Positions 50,357 to 62,000 of a stretch of DNA of 64,000 nucleotides are shown piece after piece. The notes under the pieces were generated by a model that ran no database searches, was not told the origin of the DNA, and saw only the letters and a list, made by a program, of their open reading frames with translations. A program made the translations under genes and the position numbers. Each line of letters opens with the position of its first letter. Position 1 is the stretch's first letter. The DNA lies in assembly GCA_002269645.1 (NCBI GenBank), contig NIVC01000760.1, positions 1 to 64,000 on the forward strand. Direction: 5' to 3'. Source of the DNA: Macrostomum lignano. Taxonomy: Eukaryota.

Positions 50357-50943
50357 CCAGGTTGCGGATAGTATGCATGTACCCTGGAACTTTTCAGCAT
50401 ACAAAACCGCCACCCTAAGTCCTTGGCGTACACAATTGGCATATACAACCCCTGGCAAACTTTGTTGGTGTACACTATTGGCATACACAAGTAACACAGC
50501 CACGCATACTTTTTGGTGTACAAATTTTGGTGAATAAATTCATGCCATGCATGAAAATTATAATGTAAATTAACGTTTTTACGTAAACTAACAAAAAATT
50601 TGTATTGTCAGTGATAAAATTTTTGCTTCTTTGAAATTAACAATGAATAAATTTAGTGTAAACTTTTGCTAAGAGTATCAATTTTGCATTATATTTTTTG
50701 TTTTTTGTAGGTTTTTTGTATTTTTAAGTTTGTTTAAATTGAAAATATTCATAATATTTTAAAAACACTTTTAATACAAAAGCCTTTCTAAAAAAACTCT
50801 ACTTGTGAAAAACCATATTACCTTTGTTAGGAATTTTTGGTGTATATTTTAGTGCAACATTTTGTTTTTGGCATACATTGGCGTACAAAGTCCTTGACGC
50901 CCGAATTTGTCTAGCGTACACGGATACATGATCTGCACACTGG
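50357..50943. mobile_element. Non-autonomous DNA transposon/MITE B (587 bp): imperfect CCAG..TGC.GAT TIR, 8-bp TSD CTTTGCCA
   Basis: CTTTGCCA lies at 50349-50356 and 50944-50951. Ends are CCAGGTTGCGGAT and (reverse complement) CCAGTGTGCAGAT. About 10 subterminal TGGCGTACA-type motifs surround an AT-rich core. Confidence 0.72.
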
Positions 50944-51031
50944 CTTTGCCATAATACTTTGCTTTAATTTTTATAATGTATTTAAGGCCTTTTCTCAGAA
51001 ACTCAAACTTGTTTGCCCTATCACGTCTGAG

Positions 51032-52217
51032 ATGCAATCTCTAAATGAAGAGCAGCGGCATAGACTAGTTATAAAATATAAAATTAAGCACCTTGGGCTA
51101 AGCAACAATGCAATTGCAAAATATTTTGCTGAGCTCAATGTCCCAAGATCAACCATTTATATAATTCTAGATTGCTACTCAGTAACTGGAGAAGATACTG
51201 TGTTATGAAAAAAGGGGTCAAGACAACCAGCTACCAAGGTCACTGCCACTTTGATAGAAAAGATGTCGAATGATGTTAGGATGGGTCTGTCCTAGCGCAA
51301 AATTGCATGCAAATATGACATCAGCCAGCTGTAAGTCAATGAGATTCTCAAGAAGCAGGGACTGATTGCATACAAGAAAAAAAGTGCTATTTGTGTTGTT
51401 GGAGCAGAAAGACTGCCAGCGTGTGAGGATTGATAGGTTCTACTGTGCTATGCTAATAGGAGATGACGGCAGACTGGACATTGTAATAGACAGTGAATCA
51501 TACTTCTCTTTGTCATCCAATGTCATCCCTAGTAACAGGTTCTATTATGCAACAGCTCAAGGTGATGCACCATTGCACCTGATAAGGTCAGGTGTTCACC
51601 CAGCAAGAAATTTGAGGCCAAGTCTTGGTCTGGCTGGCCATCAGCAAGAAGGGCATGTCCAAGGTCTTCTTCTGCCATGGTAGCTCAATGAACAAAGAGA
51701 TCTATATAAGAGAGTGCATTCACAAGCGTCTATTGCCATTTATTAAAGAGCAGCATGCTGATAGCAACTACCTGTTCTGGCCTGACCTGGCAAGCTATCA
51801 CTATGCTTGTGATGTTATTGACACATTTCAAAAGGAAGGTGTCAATTTTGTCAGCAAGGAGCTCAATCCTCTCAATGTACCATAGCTGTGACCACTTGAG
51901 AACTTCTGGGAGATGTTGAAGCAAAAGGTTTGCCATCACAATTGGATGGCAGACAGTCTGGAATAGCTGGAAAATTGCATTCGCTACTGCCTCCGCCAGG
52001 TGGATCTGCACTGTGTACAGGAGATAATGACCAATGTCAAGTCCCAGATTCGCCAAGCTCAGGCTAATGGTGTCAAAGCTGTTTGGCAATGAGCCAGACA
52101 ATCCCTTCTATATTTAACTAAATCCAAGTTAAAAAACATGCATTCAATTTGTTAATTGTTGTCTTACTAAAACAAATAAAAATTAAAAATGTCCAGATTT
52201 TTACTAATCACCCTGTA
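51032..52217 (+). mobile_element. IS630-Tc1-mariner DD37E transposon, transposase pseudogene (51032-52092), with only the putative right TIR seen
   Basis: N-terminal HTH (IAKYFAELNVPRSTIY), VIDSESYF, VMVWLAISKKG, FWPDLASYHY...NPLNVP*LCPLENFW with 37 residues between the second D and the E. Several stops and frameshifts. The end ATCACCCTG-TA is typical of a TA-inserting element. Confidence 0.85.
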
Positions 52218-52317
52218 AAAATATCACTATTTAAATTATGATCTTAAACTAGACCCTAGGCAAGGCCTAATATTAACTATTATATCGATTATTAAAGAAT
52301 ATATCTGAATATCTATT

Positions 52318-52740
52318 CATAGCCATAGCCACATTTTTAATGCCACAGCCATATTAATATCTATAGCCATATTCATATCTATAGCCATATATCTATATCC
52401 ATATTCATATATATAGCCATATTCATATCTATAGCCATATATTCATATCTATAGCCATATTCATATATATAGCCATATTCATATATATAGCCATATTCAT
52501 ATCTATAGCCATATTCATATCTATAGCCATATTCATATCTATAGCCATATTCATATGTATAGCCATATTCATATATATAGCCATATTCATATATATAGCC
52601 ATATTCATATCTATATCCAGATTCATATATATAGCCATATTCATATCTATAGCCATATTCATATATATAGCCATATTCATATCTATAGCCATATTCATAA
52701 CCATAGCCAAATTCATAACCATAGCCATATTCATAGCCAA
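52318..52740. repeat. 18-bp minisatellite (ATAGCCATATTCATATCT) just upstream of RABGAP1
   Basis: About 23 copies. Confidence 0.95.
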
Positions 52741-52800
52741 TCCCTAGTTAAGCCTGACCACACTACTTCAAGTAGACTAATTAGCAACATTCGCCCATAG

Positions 52801-52807
52801 TTTTCAG
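52801..52807 (+). promoter_or_regulatory. Splice acceptor TTTTCAG 7 nt upstream of the RABGAP1 ATG (cis or SL trans-splice)
   Basis: The sequence reads TTTTCAG|TCAATGAATGGATGAC; no upstream donor was identified. Confidence 0.45.
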
Positions 52808-52814
52808 TCAATGA

Positions 52815-53083
52815 ATGGATGACGTCAGCTCGATTGGCTCTGCTTCTACGGCGGACGAATTTTGTGTTGTAAACGCGGATCCAACTGTGAGGCGGCACTG
52901 CGATTCCGGTAACTTTCAGTCCAGCATGACCGAAGCCATGGCTGATACGAACTCTGCTGCCGCCGCCGCTGCTGCCGCCCCAGTTGTCAAGGACAACCCA
53001 TTTAACAATAGCGCTCTTGACGATGACGGAGATAACATTGGCGATCGAGATGCTGGAGGTGCTGCGTTTTCATCGAAAGAGCA
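52815..53083 (+). CDS. RABGAP1: RABGAP1-like coding exon 1
   Basis: ATG at 52815, MDDVSSIGSASTADEFCVV...; donor GTGAGT at 53084, phase 2. Confidence 0.8.
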
Positions 53084-56000
53084 GTGAGTTTCGGGTGTTT
53101 TTTTTGCTACATTTGCTTAACGTCTCTTAGAGCAAAGATGCTATATTACTGTAATGTATGTAGAGGTAACTACATGTATGTAATGTATGCTGTAATGTAG
53201 GCGTCACTCAATCTGGATTTATCCCACTCCTACAGATAAGTATCTAGATTTATCCCACTACTATAGGGATGAGGATCTAGATTTATCCCACTACTATAGG
53301 GATGAGGATCTAGATTCATCCCACTTCTATAAGGATGAGGGCCTAGATTTATCCCACTCCTATAAAGGTTGAGGATCTAGATTTATCCCAGTCCTATAGA
53401 GATGAGGATCTATATTTATCCCACTCCTATAGAGATGAAGATCTAGATTTATCCTACTCCTATAGCGACGAGGATCTAGATTTAATTATCCCACTCCTAT
53501 AGTGATGGGTATCAGCCTCATTAATTGCTGTTCGTGTATAAAAATTGGCCTATTGTGGCTTGCTGCTGCAATTCTCGCCCATGTAGGGCCAACCCCCAAA
53601 CTCACAGAGGTTTATAAACTACTTGCGATAAAAATAAGCCAGAGCCGCTGATAATGTACACCCTGTGTGAGCGCCTGTACCTGAGTACTTTTTTGAGCTA
53701 TCTATGTGCCTTATCTATCTATATAATATGAAATATCGTGGCGGTGTACAGAGATATCGAAGAAGCTCCGGACGGTGCCAGAACTCCGACTGCTTCTTCG
53801 TTGAACCTGGACAGCGGCGGCCAGGAGGGCATCAGCTATTGCGACATGCTCTACCTCGGCTCTGTGTCGGTGTCTCGCGCTCGTGACGAAGACGAAATCC
53901 AGCGCTATTTGAGCCAGTGCGACACTGCCCAGGCTAAACCGGCTAGCATATTTGTGCCGTACACTAACCGGGGCAGCGTGCGGGTGCTGGACCAGTCCGA
54001 TAAGCGGCTGCTATTAGAAGAGCACCCGGTCACGTCTATAGCTTACTGTTGCGTTGGCCGTGGCCACGGCTTGATTAAACGTTTCGCTTTCACTGTTAGC
54101 GAGGCTATGAAATCTGGCGAACTGCAGCAGCAGCAACAGCAGCGAGTTGTGATGCTGTACGCTCCATCCGATGCAGCAGCTTTGTCTGTTGTTAACCAGA
54201 TGGCTCAAGCGTTTCGGTTAGTTGCTTAACTATTAATATTTGTTTATGTATATGCCCAAGGAATTGGGATAATTGAGGATTATGGAGTTTTTTGGGAATT
54301 GGGATAATCGAGATTATAAATTTGTTAGGGAAATTGGGATAATGTAGGATTATGGATTTTTTGAGAATTGGGGATTATTGAAGATTATAAATTTCTTAGG
54401 GGAATGTGGATAATTGAGGATTATGTATTTTTTGCGAATTGGGATAATTGAGGATTATAAATTTCTTAGGGAAATTGGGATAATGTAGGATTATGGATTT
54501 TAAGGAATTGAGATCATTGAGGATTATCGAGTTTTTAGGGAATTGAGATAATTGAGGATTATTGATCTTTTGGGAATTGGGATAACTGAGGATTACGGAT
54601 TTTTGAGAATTGGGATAATTCAGGATTAAGGACTTTTGTGAATTATGGAATTATCATAATTAGGGATTATGAATTTTGGGCAAAGGGATTATTAAGAATT
54701 TTGGATTATGAGAAAAGTTTATATTGTTTGTTTAATTTTATACTTGTTTTATATTTCTTCAAGGTCCTATGATTTACCGGATTCTGGTACACAGCTGCAT
54801 CAGCAGCAGCAGGATCAGCAGCCCGATCTGCGGCCTTGCCTCGGCCTTCGCCTCCTAGTTGACATCCAAGAGCAGGACGGCAAAGGCGCTTGGAGCTCTG
54901 TGCCGGTGGATGATAAATATGATTTTAAGGTAACTATTTTAACTAGATAAAAAGTTGAATTGCTTTCAGGTCTTGGCATTGTTGGGTTATAAATAGAGAA
55001 AGTGTCAAGAAAAGCGCCAAAATCAAGCTAGACAAGCGCCAACCAATATCAAGCTAGACATGCGCTAGAATCAAGCTAAAATCACGTAGCCAAAATCAAG
55101 CTAAATAGGAGAGCGCCAAAATCAAGCTAAAGAAGAGCGCCAAAATCAAGCTAGACAGCGCCAAAATCAAGCTAAAGAAGAGCGCCAAAATCAAGCTAAA
55201 GAAGAGCGCCAAAATCAAGCTAAAGAAGAGCGCCAAAATCAAGCTAAAAAAGAGCGCAAAAATCAAGCTAGACAGCGCCAAAATCAAGCTAGACAAGCGC
55301 CAAAATCAAGCTAAACAAGCGCCAAAATCAAGCTAGACAAGCGCCAAAATCAAGCTAGACAAGCGCCAAAATCAAGCTAAAGAAAAGCGCCAAAATCCAG
55401 CCAATACCGAATGAGTCTCCATCTCCCCTCTATCTCTGTCTCCCCCCCCTCACTGCCATTACTCAGGTGCGCCAGTCTCACCCTAAGCGACTGCACCTGA
55501 CTGTACAACAGACCGCCGGCAGAAAAGTGAACATCAGCCGTTGCTTTGGTCTGCTATTAAGAGTTGGCAGTCAGCCAGACGCCGTCTGCCTGCCGCTGTC
55601 TATGGGCCCAGATTCCGACGGATATTCCGTGTGCGCCGTGTGGCCAGGCGCCGAGGCGCTGGTCGCTTCGGATCAGCTGATCTCATTAAGACTGTGCGTC
55701 GACCTCGTGTTGGAAGCTATCTCGGACCCGTTGAGGCTAAAGTGAGTACGGAGTGTTTATTACGGATGTTGGTCTGACTTCTGAACTAAGTGGGATAAAT
55801 TATTTATCTCACTCCTATTGGGATGAGGATCTAGATTTATCCCACTCCTATAGGGATAAGGATCTAGATTTATCCCACTCCTATAGAGATGAGGATCTAG
55901 ATTTATCCCTCTGCTATAGGGATGAGGATCTAGATTTATCCCACTCCCCTATAGGGATGAGGATCTATATTTATCCAACTCCTATAAGGATGAGGATCTA

Positions 56001-59000
56001 TATATAGATCCTCATCCTCAGGGGTATATAGGGATATAACATCCCTATCCTCACCCCTCATCCAGATAAATATATATTTATCCCACTGCTTATAGGAATG
56101 AGGATCTATGTTTATCCCACTCCTATAGGGATGAGGATCTATATTTATCTCACTCCTATAGGGATGAGGATCTATATTTATCTCACTCCTATAGGGATGA
56201 GGATCTAGATTTATCCCACTCCTATAGGGATGAGGATCTATATTTATCCCACTCCCCTATAGGGATGAGGATCTATATTTATCCCACTGCTATCGGGATG
56301 AGGATCTATGTTTATCCAACTCCTATAAGGATGAGGATCTAGATTCATTTCGAATCCTAAAATCTCAGAATCCAGATCCACCCGGCCACTGCCCCATCAG
56401 GTACGACGCCCTGATCAGAGTGTACCGGCCGGAGGAGCGATTCTGGCTGGCCTCGCTGACCAGCAATCTGCAGCAACGCCGCCTGCCGGGCCGCAGCTTC
56501 GTGTTCCGGCACCAGAACAGCGCCCTGGTGAATGAGAACAGCGCTTCGGACACTGACTCGGATGATAATGACCCTTTACCGTCCGGTTCCGGCCAGGTGT
56601 CCAAGGAGATCACGGATGCCGAGCTCACAGACGAATGGGTGGCTGTTATCAACCGATGGCAACGTGAGCAGACTGCTCAAGCTCCGTCTAGCGTTAGACG
56701 ATTAGTTCGACGCGGCGTGCCTGAGTCGCTTCGGCCTCAGGTGTGGAGTCTGTTGGGCAGATCGCAACAGGCCAGCCCTGTCACTGCCGACTACAGCGAT
56801 CTGAGCTGCAAGGATGCGCCTGAGATTGAGGCCGCTATTGCCAGGTTTGGAAATAGTAGTATTGGAGTAACTGTTGCGTGAGATTCTCATTGAGGTAGGC
56901 GTGAGATTCTCATTGAGGTAGGCGTGAGATTCTCATTGAGGTAGGCGTGAGATTCTCATTGAGGTAGGCGTGAGATTCTCATTGAGGTAGGCGTGAGATT
57001 CTCATTGAGGTAGGCGTGAGATTCTCATTGAGGTAGGCGTGAGATTCTCATTGAGGTAGGCGTGAGATTCTCATTGAGGTAGGCGTGAGATTCTCATTGA
57101 GGTAGGCGTGAGATTCTCATTGAAATAGATGTGAGATTCTCCTTCAGATAGATGTGAGATTCTCATTGAGATAGATGTGAGATTCTCATTGAGGTAGGCG
57201 TGAGATTCTCATTGAAATAGATGTGGGATTCTCCTTCAGATAGATGTGAGATTCTCATTGAGATAGATGTGAGATTCTCATTGAGGTAGGCGTGAGATTC
57301 TCATTGAAATAGATGTGGGATTCTCCTTCAGATAGATGTGAGATTCTCATTGAGATAGATGTGAGATTCTCATTGAGATGGACGTAAGATTCTCATTGAG
57401 ATAGATGTGAGATTCTCATTGAGGTGGGCGTGAGATTCTCATTGAGATAGATGTGAGATTCTCCTTCAGATAGATGTGAGATTCTCATTGAGATAGATGT
57501 GAGATTCTCATTGAGATAGATGTGAGATTCTCATTGAGATAGATGTGAGATTCTCATTAAGATAGATGTTAGATTCTAATTGAGATAAATATGAGATTCT
57601 CATTGAGATAAATGTTAGATTCTCATTGAGATAGATGTTAGATTCTCATTGAGATAGATGTGAGATTCTCATTAAGATAGATTTTAGATTCCCATTAGGA
57701 TAGATGTTAGATTCTAATTGAGATAGATGTGAGATTCTCTTTGAGATAGATGTGAAATTCTCTTTGAGATAGATGTGAGGTTCTCATTCTAATAGATGTG
57801 AGATTCTCTTTGAGATAGATGTGAGATTCTCATTAGGATAGATGTTAGATTCTTATTGAGATAGCTTTTAAATAATTATTGAGCTAGCTGTTAGATTCTC
57901 ATTGAGATGGACGTGAGATTCTCATTAAGATAGATGTGAGATTCTCATTGAGATAGATGTGATTCTAATTGGGATAGACGTGGTTGTTATTATTTTTTAT
58001 TCTAATAAAGAGTGCGATAGTCATGAATACTCTAGCATGAAACCTCGAATAAATCCCTGCAGAGACATCAGTCGAACGTACACAGCCTGCCCAGACTTTG
58101 CCGAGGGCGGAGCTAAACGGGAAGATCTGGCGCGATTGAGCAAAGCATACGCTCTGTATGACCCAGCTGTGGGCTACTGCCAGGTAGGGTGTGCGTTTCT
58201 TGTGCTCTGACTACTCAATCGTGTTTACTCGACCCAATCTACTCAATCCTGTCCTGCCTGCTCAATCCTGTCTACTCAATCTTTTCTGCTCAATCCTGTC
58301 TACTCAATCGCGTCTACTCAATCGTGTCTGCTCAATCCTGTCTACTCAATCGTGTCTGCTCAATCGTGTCTGCTCAATCCTGTCTACTCAATCGTGTCTG
58401 CTCAATCCTGTCTACTCAATCGTGTCTACTCAATCGTGTCTGCTCAATCCTGTCTACTCAATCGCGTCTACTCAATCGTGTCTGCTCAATCCTGTCTACT
58501 CAATCGCGTCTACTCAATCGTGTCTGCTCAATCCTGTCTACTCAATCGTGTCTGCTCAATCGTGTCTGCTCAATCCTGTCTACTCAATCGTGTCTGCTCA
58601 ATCCTGTCTACTCAATCGTGTCTGCTCAATCCTGTCTACTCAATCGCGTCTACTCAATCGTGTCTGCTCAATCCTGTCTACTCAATCGTGTCTGCTCAAT
58701 CCTGTCTACTTAATCCTGTCTACCTAATCTTGTCTACTCAATCCTGACTACTCAATCCTGTCTGCTCAATCCTGTCTGCTCAAGCATGTCTACCTAATCT
58801 TGTCTACTCAATCCTGTCTACTTAAGCATGTCTACTCAATCCTGTCTACTCAATCGTGTCTGCTCAATCCTGTCTACTTAATCCTGTCTACCTAATCTTG
58901 TCTACTCAATCCTGACTGCTCAATCCTGTCTACTCAAGCATGTCTACCTAATCCTGTCTACTCAATCCTGTCTACTCAATCCTGTCTGCTCAATCCTGTC

Positions 59001-62000
59001 TACTCAATCCTGTCTGCTCAATCCTGTCTACTCAATCCTGTCTACTCAATCCTGTCTACTTAATCCTGACTACTCAATCCTGTCTGCTCAATCCTGACTA
59101 CTCAATCCTGTCTGCTCAATCCTGACTACTCAATCCTGTCTGCTCAATCCTGTCTACTCAAGCATGTCTACCTAATCTTGTCTACTCAAGCATGTCTACT
59201 CAATCCTGTCTGCTCAATCCTGTCTACTCAATCCTGTCTACCTAATCTTGTCTACTCAATCCTGTCTACTCAATCCTGTCTGCTCAATCGTGTCTACTCA
59301 AGCATGTCTACTCAATCCTGTCTGCTCAATCGTGTCTACTCAAGCATGTCTACTCAATCCTGTCTGCTCAATCGTGTCTACTTAAGCATGTCTACTCAAT
59401 CCTGTCTGCTCAATCCTGTCTACTCAATCCTGTCTACTCAATCCTGTCTGCTCAATCGTGTCTACTCAAGCATGTCTACTCAATCCTGTCTGCTCAATCG
59501 TGTCTACTCAAGCATGTCTACTCAATCCTGTCTACTCAAGCATGTCTACCTAATCTTGTCTACTCAATCCTGTCTACTCAATCCTGTCTGCTCAATCCTG
59601 TCTACTCAATCCTGTCTGCTCAATCCTGTCTACTCAATCCTGTCTACTCAATCCTGTCTACTTAATCCTGACTACTCAATCCTGTCTGCTCAATCCTGAC
59701 TACTCAATCCTGTCTGCTCAATCCTGACTACTCAATCCTGTCTGCTCAATCCTGTCTACTCAAACATGTCTACCTAATCTTGTCTACTCAAGCATGTCTA
59801 CTCAATCCTGTCTGCTCAATCCTGTCTACTCAATCCTGTCTACCTAATCTTGTCTACTCAATCCTGTCTACTCAATCCTGTCTGCTCAATCGTGTCTACT
59901 CAAGCATGTCTACTCAATCCTGTCTGCTCAATCGTGTCTACTCAAGCATGTCTACTCAATCCTGTCTGCTCAATCGTGTCTACTTAAGCATGTCTACTCA
60001 ATCCTGTCTGCTCAATCCTGTCTACTCAATCCTGTCTACTCAATCCTGTCTGCTCAATCGTGTCTACTCAAGCATGTCTACTCAATCCTGTCTGCTCAAT
60101 CGTGTCTACTCAAGCATGTCTACTCAATCCTGTCTACTCAAGCATGTCTACCTAATCTTGTCTACTCAATCCTGTCTACTCAATCCTGTCTGCTCAATCG
60201 TGTCTACTCAAGCATGTCTACTCAATCCTGTCTGCTCAATCGTGTCTGCTCAAGCATGTCTACTCAATCCTGTCTACTCAATCGTGTCTGCTCAATCCTG
60301 TCTACTTAATCCTGTCTACCTAATCTTGTCTACTCAATCCTGACTGCTCAATCCTGTCTACTCAAGCATGTCTACCTAATCCTGTCTACTCAATCCTGTC
60401 TACTCAATCCTGTCTGCTCAATCCTGTCTACTCAATCCTGTCTGCTCAATCCTGTCTACTCAATCCTGTCTACTCAATCCTGTCTACTTAATCCTGACTA
60501 CTCAATCCTGTCTGCTCAATCCTGACTACTCAATCCTGTCTGCTCAATCCTGACTACTCAATCCTGTCTGCTCAATCCTGTCTACTCAAACATGTCTACC
60601 TAATCTTGTCTACTCAAGCATGTCTACTCAATCCTGTCTGCTCAATCCTGTCTACTCAATCCTGTCTACTCAATCCTGTCTACTCAATCCTGACTACTCA
60701 ATCCTGTCTGCTCAATCCTGTCTACTTAATTCTGTCTGCTCAATCCTGTCTACTCAAGCATGTCTACCTAATCTTGTCTACTCAATCCTGTCTACTCAAT
60801 CCTGTCTGCTCAATCGTGTCTACTCAAGCATGTCTACTCAATCCTGTCTGCTCAATCGTGTCTACTCAAGCATGTCTACTCAATCCTGTCTGCTCAATCG
60901 TGTCTACTTAAGCATGTCTACTCAATCCTGTCTACTCAATCCTGTCTACTCAATCCTGTCTACTCAATCCTGTCTGCTCAATCCTGTCTACTTAAGCATG
61001 TCTACTCAATCCTGTCTGCTCAATCCTGTCTACTCAAGCATGTCTACCTAATCCTGTCTACTCAATCCTGTCTGCTCAATCGAGTCTACTCAAGCATGTA
61101 TACCCAACGGTGCCCAGCAAATGACGCAGTCCAGTCTAGCCTATATGTACTTCAATAATGCAGCCACTTTCCTCCCATCCGCAGGGCATGTCATTCCTAG
61201 GCGCGGCCCTGCTACTCCAACTACCCGAGGAGGAGGCATTCGAACTGCTAGTACAAATCATGTACGATTACGGAGTACGAAAAATGTTCACGGCCGGTTT
61301 CGAAGGCCTACAACTGAGATTTTATCAGTTGGACGCCCTGCTGAAGCAGCACTGTCCGGAGGTTTTTTCGCATTTCAAACGGCTGGGCTGCGAGCCGCAC
61401 ATGTACGCCAGCCAATGGTTTCTAACGTTGTTTACTTCCAAGTTTCCGCTGACCGCTGTCAACCGGGTTCTGGACGTGTTCCTGTCTGAGGGCGACTCAG
61501 CTCTGCTCAAATTGGCCGTGGCGCTGCTCACGAAAGCTAGGCCGGATCTGCTTGGCAAAGATTTTGAAAGTGTTATGCGATACTTCCGCGTCAGCCTGCC
61601 TAAGGCTTATAGGTAGGTTTTGGGAAGGGGTCAGATTGATCAGTTTCTAGTGGTAGAAGTACTCTTAGGTTTGATAAAGTAGGTCAGGGTAGATAAAGTG
61701 GGTCAGGGTAAATAAAGTAGGTCAGGGTAGATAAAGTAAATCAGGGTAGATAAAGTAGGTCAGGGTAGATAAAGTAAATCAGGGTAGATAAAGTAGGTCA
61801 GGGTAGATAAAGTAGGTGAGGGTTGAGGGTAGATAAAGTAGGTCGGGGTAGATAAAGTAGGTCGGGGTAGATAAAGTAGGTCAGGGTAGGTAAAGTAGGT
61901 CAGGGTAGATAAATTAGGTCGGGGTAGATAAAGTAGGTCGGGGTAGATAAAGTAGGTCGGGGTAGATAAAGTAGGTCAATGGTAGATAAAGTAGGTCAAT

